Source: the human T2T-CHM13v2.0 reference genome, Homo sapiens. From it: 64,000 nt of DNA. Numbering within the stretch: position 1 is the first letter of the stretch; each line of letters opens with the position of its first letter. Positions 52,949 to 64,000 of this stretch are shown one piece after another. The notes below the pieces were generated by a model. It was not told the origin of the DNA, did not search any database, and was given only the letters and a program-made list of their open reading frames with translations. The stretch lies in assembly GCF_009914755.1 (NCBI RefSeq), contig NC_060942.1; one strand, 5' to 3'. A program made the position numbers and the translations under genes.

Positions 52949-55900
52949 CATTCTCAGAAACTTGTTTGTGATGTGTGCCCTCTACTGACAGAGTTGAACC
53001 TTTCTTTTCATAGAGCAGTTTTGAAACACTGTTTTTGTAGAATCTGCAAGAGGATATTTGCATAGCTTTGAGGATTTCGTGGGAAACGGGATTGTCTTCA
53101 GGTAAAATCTAGACAGAAGCATTCTCAGAAACTTCTTTGGGATGTTTGCATTCAAGTCACAGAGTAGAACATTCCCTTTGGTAGAGCAGGTTTGAAACAC
53201 TCTTTTTGTAGTATCTGGAAGTGGACATTTCGAGCGCTTTCAGGCCTATGTTGGAAAGGGAAATATCTTCCCGTAACAACTAGGCAGAAGCATTCTCAGA
53301 AACTTATTTGAGATGTGTGTACTCAACTAAGAGAATTGAACCACCGTTTTGAAGGAGCAGTTTTGAAACACTCTTTTTCTGGAATCTGCAAGAGGATATT
53401 TGCCTAGCCTTGAGGATTTCGTTGGAAACGGGATTGTCTTCAGATCAAATCTAGACAGAAGCATTCTCAGAAACTTCTTTGGGATGTTTGCATTCAAGTC
53501 ACAGAGTAGAACATTCCCTTTGGTAGAGCAGGTTTGAAACACTCTTTTTTTAGTATATGGAAGTGGACATTTGGAGCGCTTTCAGGCCTACGTTGGAAAA
53601 GGAAATATCTTCCCATAACAACTAGACAGAAGCATTCTCAGAAACTAGTTTCTGATGTGTGTCCTCAACTAACACAGTTGAACATTTCTTTAGACAGAAC
53701 AGTTTTGAAACTCTCTTTTTGTGGAATCTGCAAGTGGCTATTTGGCTAGATTTGAGGATTTCGTTGGAAACGGGATTACATATAAAAAGCAGACAGCAGC
53801 ATTCTCAGAAAGTTCTTTGTGATGATTGCATTCAAGTCACAGAATTGAACATTCCCTTTCACAGAGCAGGTTTGAACACTCTTTTTATAGTGTGTGTAAG
53901 TGGACATTTGGAGCACTTTCCGGCCTAAGGTGAAAAAGGAAATATCTTCCCATAAAAACTAGACAGAAGCATTCTCAGAAACTTACTCGTGATGTGTGTC
54001 CTCAACTAAAGGAGTAGAACCTTTGTTTTCATAGAGAAGTTTTGAAACGCTCTTTTTGTGGAATCTGCAAGTGGATATTTGGCTAGTTTGGAGGATTTCG
54101 TTGGAAGCGGGAATTCATACAAATTGCAGACTGCAGCGTTCTGAGAAACATCTTTGTGATGTTTGTATTCAGGACACAGAGTTGAACATTCCCTATCATA
54201 GAGCAGGTTTGAATCACTCCTTTTGTAGTATCTGGAAGTGGACATTTGGAGCGCTTTCAGGCCTATGTTGGAAAAGGAAATATCTTCCCATAACAACTAG
54301 ACAGAAGCATTCTCAGAAACTTATTTGAGATGTGTGTACTCAACTAAGAGAATTGAACCACCGTTTTGAAGGAGCAGTTTTGAAACACTCTTTTTCTGGA
54401 ATCTGCAAGTGGATATTTGGCTAGCTTTGGGGATTTCGCTGGAAGCGGGAATACATATAAAAAGCACACAGCAGCGTTCTGAGAAACTGCTTTCTGATGT
54501 TTGCATTCAAGTCAAAAGTTGAACACTCCCTTTCATAGAGCAGTCCTGAAACACTCCTTTTGTAGTATCTGGAACTGGACCTTTGGAGCGCTTTCAGGGC
54601 TAAGGTGAAAAAGGAAATATCTTCCCATAAAAACTGGACAGAAGCATTCTCAGAAACTTGTTTATGCTGTATCTACTCAACTAACAAAGTTGAACATTTC
54701 TTTTGATAGAGCAGTTTTGAAATGCTCTTTTTGTGGAATCTGCAAGTGGATATTTGGCTAGTTTTGAGGATTTCGTTGGAAGCGGGAATTCATACAAATT
54801 GCAGACTGCAGCGTTCTGAGAAACATCTTTGTGATGTTTGTATTCAGGACAGAGAGTTGAACATTCCCTATCATAGAGCAGGTTGGAATCACTCCTTTTG
54901 TAGTATCTGGAAGTGGACATTTGGAGCGCTTTCAGGCCTATGTTGAAAAAGGAAATATCTTCCCATAACAACTAGACACAAGCATTCTCAGAAACTTGTT
55001 TGTGATGTGTGCCCTCTACTGACAGAGTTGAACCTTTCTTTTCATAGAGCAGTTTTGAAACACTCTTTTTGTAGAATCTGCAAGAGGATATTTGCATAGC
55101 TTTGAGGATTACGTGGGAAACGGGATTGTCTTCAGGTAAAATCTAGACAGAAGCATTCTCAGAAACTTCTTTGGGATGTTTGCATTCAAGTCACAGAGTA
55201 GAACATTCCCTTTGGTAGAGTAGGTTTGAAACACTCTTTTTGTAGTATTTGGAAGTGGACATTTGGAGCGCTTTCAGGCCTATGTTGGAAAGGGAAATAT
55301 CTTCCCGTAACAACTAGGCAGAAGCATTCTCAGAAACTTATTTGAGATGTGTGTACTCAACTAAGAGAATTGAATCACCGTTTTGAAGGAGCAGTTTTGA
55401 AACACTCTTTTTCTGGAATCTGCAAGAGGATATTTGCCTAGCCTTGAGGATTTCGTTGGAAACGGGATTGTCTTCAGATCAAATCTAGACAGAAGCATTC
55501 TCAGATACTTCTTTGGGATGTTTGCATTCAAGTCACAGAGTAGAACATTCCCTTTGGTAGAGCAGGTTCGAAACACTCTTTTTTTAGTATATGGAAGTGT
55601 ACATTTGGAGCGCTTTCAGGCCTACGTTGGAAAAGGAAATATCTTCCCATAACAACTAGACAGAAGCATTCTCAGAAACTAGTTTCTGATGTGTGTCCTC
55701 AACTAACACAGTTGAACATTTCTTTAGACAGAACAGTTTTGAAACACTCTTTTTGTGGAATCTGCAAGTGGCTATTTGGCTAGATTTGAGGATTTCGTTG
55801 GAAACGGGATTACATATAAAAAGCAGACAGCAGCATTCTCAGAAAGTTCTTTGTGATGATTGCATTCAAGTCACAGAATTGAACATTCCCTTTCACAGAG

Positions 55901-58900
55901 CAGGTTTGAAACACTCTTTTTGTAGTGTGTGTAAGTGGACATTTGGAGCACTTTCCGGCCTAAGGTGAAAAAGGGAATATCTTCCCATAAAAACTAGACA
56001 GAAGCATTCTCAGAAACTTACTCGTGATGTGTGTCCTCAACTAAAGGAGTAGAACCTTTGTTTTCATAGAGAAGTTTGGAAACGCTCTTTTTGTGGAATC
56101 TGCAAGTGGATATTTGGCTAGTTTGGAGGATTTCGTTGGAAGCGGGAATTCATACAAATTGCAGACTGCAGCGTTCTGAGAAACATCTTTGTGATGTTTG
56201 TATTCAGGACACAGAGTTGAACATTCCCTATCATAGAGCAGGTTGGAATCACTCCTTTTGTAGTATCTGGAAGTGGACATTTGGAGCGCTTTCAGGCCTA
56301 TTTTGGAAAAGGGAATATCTTCCCATAACAACTAGACAGAAGCATTCTCAGAAACTTATTTGAGATGTGTGTACTCAACTAAGAGAATTGAACCACCGTT
56401 TTGAAGGAGCAGTTTTGAAACACTCTTTTTCTGGAATCTGCAGGTGGATATTTGGCTAGCTTTGGGGATTTCGCTGGAAGCGGGAATACATATAAAAAGC
56501 ACACAGCAGCGTTCTGAGAAACTGCTTTCTGATGTTTGCATTCAAGTCAAAAGTTGAACACTCCCTTTCATAGAGCAGTCCTGAAACACTCCTTTTGTAG
56601 TATCTGGAACTGGACTTTTGGAGCGCTTTCAGGGCTAAGGTGAAAAAGGAAATATCTTCCCATAAAAACTGGACAGAAGCATTCTCAGAAACTTGTTTAT
56701 GCTGTATCTACTCTACTAACAAAGTTGAACCTTTCTTTTGATAGAGCAGTTTTGAAATGCTCTTTTTGTGGAATCTGCAAGTGGATATTTGGCTAGTTTT
56801 GAGGATTTCGTTGGAAGCGGGAATTCATACAAATTGCAGACTGCAGCGTTCTGAGAAACATCTTTGTGATGTTTGTATTCAGGACAGAGAGTTGAACATT
56901 CCCTATCATAGAGCAGGTTGGAATCACTCCTTTTGTAGTATCTGGAAGTGGACATTTGGAGCGCTTTCAGGCCTATGTTGAAAAAGGAAATATCTTCCCA
57001 TAACAACTAGACACAAGCATTCTCAGAAACTTGTTTGTGATGTGTGCCCTCTACTGACAGATTTGAACCTTTCTTTTCATAGAGCAGTTTTGAAACACTC
57101 TTTTTGTAGAATCTGCAAGAGGATATTTGCATAGCTTTGAGGTATTCGTGGGAAACGGGATTGTCTTCAGGTAAAATCTAGACAGAAGCATTCTCAGAAA
57201 CTTCTTTGGGATGTTTGCATTCAAGTCACAGAGTAGAACATTCCCTTTGGTAGAGCAGGTTTGAAACACTCTTTTTGTAGTATCTGGAAGTGGACATTTG
57301 GAGCGCTTTCAGGCCTATGTTGGAAAGGGAAATATCTTCCCGTAACAACTAGGCAGAAGCATTCTCAGAAACTTATTTGAGATGTGTGTACTCAACTAAG
57401 AGAATTGAATCACCGTTTTGAAGGAGCAGTTTTGAAACACTCTTTTTCTGGAATCTGCAAGAGGATATTTGCCTAGCCTTTAGGATTTCGTTGGAAACGG
57501 GATTGTCTTCAGATCAAATCTAGACAGAAGCATTCTCAGAAACTTCTTTGGGATGTTTGCATTCAAGTCACGGAGTAGAACATTCCCTTTGTTAGAGCAG
57601 GTTTGAAACACTCTTTTTTTAGTATATGGAAGTGGACATTTGGAGCGCTTTCAGGCCTACGTTGGAAAAGGAAATATCTTCCCATAACAACTAGACAGAA
57701 GCATTCTCAGAAACTAGTTTCTGATGTGTGTCCTCAACTAACACAGTTGAACATTTCTTTAGACAGAACAGTTTTGAAACACTCTTTTTGTGGAATCTGC
57801 AAGTGGCTATTTGGCTAGATTTGAGGATTTCGTTGGAAACGGGATTACATATAAAAAGCAGACAGCAGCATTCTCAGAAAGTTCTTTGTGATGATTGCAT
57901 TCAAGTCACAGAATTGAACATTCCCTTTCACAGAGCAGGTTTGAAACACTCTTTTTATAGTGTGTGTAAGTGGACATTTGGAGCACTTTCCGGCCTAAGG
58001 TGAAAAAGGAAATATCTTCCCATAAAAACTAGACAGAAGCATTCTCAGAAACTTACTCGTGATGTGTGTCCTCAACTAAAGGAGTAGAACCTTTCTTTTC
58101 ATAGAGAAGTTTTGAAACGCTCTTTTTGTGGAATCTGCAAGTGGATATTTGGCTAGTTTGGAGGATTTCGTTGGAAGCGGGAATTCATACAAATTGCAGA
58201 CTGCAGCGTTCTGAGAAACATCTTTGTGATGTTTGTATTCAGGACACAGAGTTGAACATTCCCTATCATAGAGCAGGTTGGAATCACTCCTTTTGTAGTA
58301 TCTGGAAGTGGACATTTGGAGCGCTTTCAGGCCTATGTTGGAAAAGGAAATATCTTCCCATAACAACTAGACAGAAGCATTCTCAGAAACTTATTTGAGA
58401 TGTGTGTACTCAACTAAGAGAATTGAACCACCGTTTTGAAGGAGCAGTTTTGAAACACTCTTTTTCTGGAATCTGCAAGTGGATATTTGGCTAGCTTTGG
58501 GGATTTCGCTGGAAGAGGGAATACATATAAAAAGCACACAGCAGCGTTCTGAGAAACTGCTTTCTGATGTTTGCATTCAAGTCAAAAGTTGAACACTCCC
58601 TTTCATAGAGCAGTCCTGAAACACTCCTTTTGTAGTATCTGGAACTGGACTTTTGGAGCGCTTTCAGGGCTAAGGTGAAAAAGGAAATATCTTCCCATAA
58701 AAACTGGACAGAAGCATTCTCAGAAACTTGTTTATGCTGTATCTACTCAACTAACAAAGTTGAACCTTTCTTTTGATAGAGCAGTTTTGAAATGCTCTTT
58801 TTGTGGAATCTGCAAGTGGATATTTGGCTAGTTTTGAGGATTTCGCTGGAAGCGGGAATTCATACAAATTGCAGACTGCAGCGTTCTGAGAAACATCTTT

Positions 58901-59052
58901 GTGATGTTTGTATTCAGGACAGAGAGTTGAACATTCCCTATCATAGAGCAGGTTGGAATCACTCCTTTTGTAGTATCTGGAAGTGGACATTTGGAGCGCT
59001 TTCAGGCCTATGTTGAAAAAGGAAATATCTTCCCATAACAACTAGACACAAG

Positions 59053-61429
59053 CATTCTCAGAAACTTGTTTGTGATGTGTGCCCTCTACTGACAGAGTTG
59101 AACCTTTCTTTTCATAGAGCAGTTTTGAAACACTCTTTTTGTAGAATCTGCAAGAGGATATTTGCATAGCTTTGAGGATTTCGTGGGAAACGGGATTGTC
59201 TTCAGGTAAAATCTAGACAGAAGCATTCTCAGAAACTTCTTTGGGATGTTTGCATTCAAGTCACAGAGTAGAACATTCCCTTTGGTAGAGCAGGTTTGAA
59301 ACACTCTTTTTGTAGTATCTGGAAGTGGACATTTGGAGCGCTTTCAGGCCTATGTTGGAAAGGGAAATATCTTCCCGTAACAACTAGGCAGAAGCATTCT
59401 CAGAAACTTATTTGAGATGTGTGTACTCAACTAAGAGAATTGAACCACCGTTTTGAAGGAGCAGTATTGAAACACTCTTTTTCTGGAATCTGCAAGAGGA
59501 TATTTGCCTAGCCTTGAGGATTTCGTTGGAAACGGGATTGTCTTCAGATCAAATCTAGACAGAAGCATTCTCAGAAACTTCTTTGGGATGTTTGCATTCA
59601 AGTCACAGAGTAGAACATTCCCTTTGGTAGAGCAGGTTTGAAACACTCTTTTTGTAGTATCTGGAAGTGGACATTTGGAGCGCTTTCAGGCCTATGTTGG
59701 AAAGGGAAATATCTTCCCGTAACAACTAGGCAGAAGCATTCTCAGAAACTTATTTGAGATGTGTGTACTCAACTAAGAGAATTGAACCACCGTTTTGAAG
59801 GAGCAGTTTTGAAACACTCTTTTTCTGGAATCTGCAAGAGGATATTTGCCTAGCCTTGAGGATTTCGTTGGAAACGGGATTGTCTTCAGATCAAATCTAG
59901 ACAGAAGCATTCTCAGAAACTTCTTTGGGATGTTTGCATTCAAGTCACAGAGTAGAACATTCCCTTTGGTAGAGCAGGTTTGAAACACTCTTTTTTTAGT
60001 ATATGGAAGTGGACATTTGGAGCGCTTTCAGGTCTACGTTGGAAAAGGAAATATCTTCCCATAACAACTAGACAGAAGCATTCTCAGAAACTAGTTTCTG
60101 ATGTGTGTCCTCAACTAACACAGTTGAACATTTCTTTAGACAGAACAGTTTTGAAACTCTCTTTTTGTGGAATCTGCAAGTGGCTATTTGGCTAGATTTG
60201 AGGATTTCGTTGGAAACGGGATTACATATAAAAAGCAGACAGCAGCATTCTCAGAAAGTTCTTTGTGATGATTGCATTCAAGTCACAGAATTGAACATTC
60301 CCTTTCACAGAGCAGGTTTGAAACACTCTTTTTGTAGTGTGTGTAAGTGGACATTTGGAGCACTTTCCGGCCTAAGGTGAAAAAGGAAATATCTTCCCAT
60401 AAAAACTAGACAGAAGCACTCTCAGAAACTTACTCGTGATGTGTGTCCTCAACTAAAGGAGTAGAACCTTTCTTTTCATAGAGAAGTTTTGAAACGCTCT
60501 TTTTGTGGAATCTCCAAGTGGATATTTGGCTAGTTTTGAGGATTTCGTTGGAAGCGGGAATTCATACAAATTGCAGACTGCAGCGTTCTGAGAAACATCT
60601 TTGTGATGTTTGTATTCAGGACACAGAGTTGAACATTCCCTATCATAGAGCAGGTTTGAATCACTCCTTTTGTAGTATCTGGAAGTGGACATTTGGAGCG
60701 CTTTCAGGCCTATGTTGGAAAAGGAAATATCTTCCCATAACAACTAGACAGAAGCATTCTCAGAAACTTATTTGAGATGTGTGTACTCAACTAAGAGAAT
60801 TGAACCACCGTTTTGAAGGAGCAGTTTTGAAACACTCTTTTTCTGGAATCTGCAAGTGGATATTTGGCTAGCTTTGGGGATTTCGCTGGAAGCGGGAATA
60901 CATATAAAAAGCACACAGCAGCGTTCTGAGAAACTGCTTTCTGATGTTTGCATTCAAGTCAAAAGTTGAACACTCCCTTTCATAGAGCAGTCCTGAAACA
61001 CTCCTTTTGTAGTATCTGGAACTGGACTTTTGGAGCGCTTTCAGGGCTAAGGTGAAAAAGGAAATATCTTCCCATAAAAACTGGACAGAAGCATTCTCAG
61101 AAACTTGTTTATGCTGTATCTACTCAACTAACAAAGTTGAACCTTTCTTTTGATAGAGCAGTTTTGAAATGCTCTTTTTGTGGAATCTGCAAGTGGATAT
61201 TTGGCTAGTTTTGAGGATTTCGTTGGAAGCGGGAATTCATACAAATTGCAGACTGCAGCGTTCTGAGAAACATCTTTGTGATGTTTGTATTCAGGACACA
61301 GAGTGGAACATTCCCTATCATAGAGCAGGTTGGAATCACTCCTTTTGTAGTATCTGGAAGTGGACATTTGGAGCGCTTTCAGGCCTATGTTGAAAAAGGA
61401 AATATCTTCCCATAACAACTAGACACAAG
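59053..61429 (+). repeat. 14-mer HOR variant (2377 bp; extra 342 bp m7-m8 dimer)
   Basis: m6 starts at 59053 and 61430. The order is m6,m7,m8,m7,m8,m9; the equivalent ORFs at 59431 and 59773 are 342 bp apart. Confidence 0.92.
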
Positions 61430-64000
61430 CATTCTCAGAAACTTGTTTGTGATGTGTGCCCTCTACTGACAGAGTTGAACCTTTCTTTTCATAGAGCAGT
61501 TTTGAAACACTCTTTTTGTAGAATCTGCAAGAGGATATTTGCATAGCTTTGAGGATTTCGTGGGAAACGGGATTGTCTTCAGGTAAAATCTAGACAGAAG
61601 CATTCTCAGAAACTTCTTTGGGATGTTTGCATTCAAGTCACAGAGTAGAATATTCCCTTTGGTAGAGCAGGTTTGAAACACTCTTTTTATAGTATCTGGA
61701 AGTGGACATTTGGAGCGCTTTCAGGCCTATGTTGGAAAGGGAAATATCTTCCCGTAACAACTAGGCAGAAGCATTCTCAGAAACTTATTTGAGATGTGTG
61801 TACTCAACTAAGAGAATTGAACCACCGTTTTGAAGGAGCAGTTTTGAAACACTCTTTTTCTGGAATCTGCAAGAGGATATTTGCCTAGCTTTGAGGATTT
61901 CGTTGGAAACGGGATTGTCTTCAGATCAAATCTAGACAGAAGCATTCTCAGAAACTTCTTTGGGATGTTTGCATTCAAGTCACAGAGTAGAACATTCCCT
62001 TTGGTAGAGCAGGTTTGAAACACTCTTTTTTTAGTATATGGAAGTGGACATTTGGAGCGCTTTCAGGCCTACGTTGGAAAAGGAAATATCTTCCCATAAC
62101 AATTAGACAGAAGCATTCTCAAAAACTAGTTTCTGATGTGTGTCCTCAACTAACACAGTTGAACATTTCTTTAGACAGAACAGTTTTGAAACTCTCTTTT
62201 TGTGGAATCTGCAAGTGGCTATTTGGCTAGATTTGAGGATTTCGTTGGAAACGGGATTACATATAAAAAGCAGACAGCAGCATTCTCAGAACGTTCTTTG
62301 TGATGATTGCATTCAAGTCACAGAATTGAACATTCCCTTTCACAGAGCAGGTTTGAAACACTCTTTTTGTAGTGTGTGTAAGTGGACATTTGGAGCACTT
62401 TCCGGCCTAAGGTGAAAAAGGAAATATCTTCCCATAAAAACTAGACAGAAGCATTCTCAGAAACTTACTCGTGATGTGTGTCCTCAACTAAAGGAGTAGA
62501 ACCTTTCTTTTCATAGAGAAGTTTTGAAACGCTCTTTTTGTGGAATCTGCAAGTGGATATTTGGCTAGTTTGGAGGATTTCGTTGGAAGCGGGAATTCAT
62601 ACAATTTGCAGACTGCAGCTTTCTGAGAAACATCTTTGTGATGTTTGTATTCAGGACACAGAGTTGAACATTCCCTATCATAGAGCAGGTTTGAATCACT
62701 CCTTTTGTAGTATCTGGAAGTGGACATTTGGAGCGCTTTCAAGCCTATGTTGGAAAAGGAAATATCTTCCCATAACAACTAGACAGAAGCATTCTCAGAA
62801 ACTTATTTGAGATGTGTGTACTCAACTAAGAGAATTGAACCACCGTTTTGAAGGAGCAGTTTTGAAACACTCTTTTTCTGGAATCTGCAAGTGGATATTT
62901 GGCTAGCTTTGGGGATTTCGCTGGAAGCGGGAATACATATAAAAAGCCCACAGCAGCGTTCTGAGAAACTGCTTTCTGATGTTTGCATTCAAGTCAAAAG
63001 TTGAACACTCCCTTTCATAGAGCAGTCCTGAAACACTCCTTTTGTAGTATCTGGAACTGGACTTTTGGAGCGCTTTCAGGGCTAAGGTGAAAAAGGAAAT
63101 ATCTTCCCATAAAAACTGGACAGAAGCATTCTCAGAAACTTGTTTATGCTGTATCTACTCAACTAACAAAGTTGAACCTTTCTTTTGATAGAGCAGTTTT
63201 GAAATGCTCTTTTTGTGGAATCTGCAAGTGGATATTAGGCTAGTTTTGAGGATTTCGCTGGAAGCGGGAATTCATACAAATTGCAGACTGCAGCGTTCTG
63301 AGAAACATCTTTGTGATGTTTGTATTCAGGACAGAGAGTTGAACATTCCCTATCATAGAGCAGGTTGGAATCACTCCTTTTGTAGTATCTGGAAGTGGAC
63401 ATTTGGAGCGCTTTCAGGCCTATGTTGAAAAAGGAAATATCTTCCCATAACAACTAGACACAAGCATTCTCAGAAACTTGTTTGTGATGTGTGCCCTCTA
63501 CTGACAGAGTTGAACCTTTCTTTTCATAGAGCAGTTTTGAAACACTCTTTTTGTAGAATCTGCAAGAGGATATTTGCATAGCTTTGAGGATTTCGTGGGA
63601 AACGGGATTCTCTTCAGGTAAAATCTAGACAGAAGCATTCTCAGAAACTTCTTTGGGATGTTTGCATTCAAGTCACAGAGTAGAACATTCCCTTTGGTAG
63701 AGCAGGTTTGAAACACTCTTTTTGTAGTATCTGGAAGTGGACATTTGGAGCGCTTTCAGGCCTATGTTGGAAAGGGAAATATCTTCCCGTAACAACTAGG
63801 CAGAAGCATTCTCAGAAACTTATTTGAGATGTGTGTACTCAACTAAGAGAATTGAACCACCGTTTTGAAGGAGCAGTATTGAAACACTCTTTTTCTGGAA
63901 TCTGCAAGAGGATATTTGCCTAGCCTTGAGGATTTCGTTGGAAACGGGATTGTCTTCAGATCAAATCTAGACAGAAGCATTCTCAGAAACTTCTTTGGGA

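Larger units (their letters stand above)
1..64000 (+). repeat. Alpha-satellite higher-order repeat array (centromeric tandem repeat), 2035 bp 12-mer, dimeric SF2-type organisation; most likely D18Z1 (S2C18H1L) of human chromosome 18
   Basis: Alphoid motifs CATTCTCAGAAACT / GAAACACTCTTTTTGT / GGAAATATCTT recur every 167-171 bp. Identical ORF sets recur every 2035 bp. A CENP-B box is present in every second monomer. EcoRI GAATTC at 8, 683 and 2043 gives 675 and 1360 bp fragments, matching the ~0.68/1.36 kb EcoRI units I recall for D18Z1. The alpha-satellite call is near certain; the chromosome assignment is about 0.85. Confidence 0.98.
42900..64000 (+). repeat. HOR haplotype block B: more diverged 12-mers mixed with 7-, 8- and 14-mer variants
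   Basis: Alternative alleles: m2 AAACACTC, m3 CAGTCCTGAAACACTCC and GAGCGCTTTC, m4 AAATGCTC, m5 CCTATGTTGAAAAAGG...CCCATAACAACTAGACACAAG, m7 GGCCTATG, m8 AAGAGGATAT and AGATCAAATC, m10 AGCAGACAGC, m11 CACTTTCCGG. Many private SNPs per unit. Confidence 0.9.

Noticed and set aside
218-63716. Several hundred 61-138 aa ORFs on both strands
   Set aside because: They are translations of alpha-satellite monomers. They recur with the HOR period, overlap on both strands, often begin at non-ATG codons, resemble no protein family I recognise, and are freely opened or broken by SNPs and indels.
1-64000. CRISPR-like pattern (conserved AGAAGCATTCTCAGAAACT separated by variable sequence)
   Set aside because: The intervening ~150 bp are homologous monomer bodies that repeat with the HOR, not unique spacers; there are no cas genes or leader.
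1-64000. L1/Alu insertion, inversion or non-satellite island
   Set aside because: None seen. Monomer spacing and orientation are continuous, and every length deviation is explained by whole-monomer changes or 1-5 bp deletions.
1-64000. Assignment to the other well-known 12-mer array, DXZ1
   Set aside because: DXZ1 is a ~2057 bp pentamer-derived (SF3) HOR. This array is 2035 bp with strict dimeric alternation.

Overview
The whole 64 kb window is human-type centromeric alpha-satellite DNA: ~171 bp monomers, head-to-tail in one orientation, with no inversion, retroelement insertion or unique sequence that I could see. The monomers form a 2035 bp 12-monomer higher-order repeat (HOR) that alternates CENP-B-box monomers with A-box (pJalpha-type) monomers. 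Each HOR has two EcoRI sites giving 675 + 1360 bp fragments. This best fits the suprachromosomal family 2 array of chromosome 18 (D18Z1 / S2C18H1L); that assignment is from recall, not from a search. All ORFs in the track are repeat artefacts and I call no genes. I found no new gene system; the signal lies in array architecture. (1) A very homogeneous block of ~21 HORs (1 to ~42.7 kb, 'haplotype A') switches abruptly, exactly at an 8-mer deletion junction, to a more diverged block ('haplotype B') that differs at about ten linked diagnostic sites. (2) All monomer-number variants (three 8-mers, one 14-mer, one odd 7-mer with two adjacent CENP-B-box monomers) lie at or after that junction. (3) Shared SNPs reveal larger duplications (offsets 6x2035, 9x2035, 4412 and ~7975 bp) and apparent gene conversion between monomers of the same HOR. 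Monomer labels m1-m12 are my own: in the first unit they start at 34, 205, 372, 542, 709, 880, 1051, 1222, 1393, 1564, 1731 and 1902. Coordinates and counts were read by eye and may be off by a few bases.
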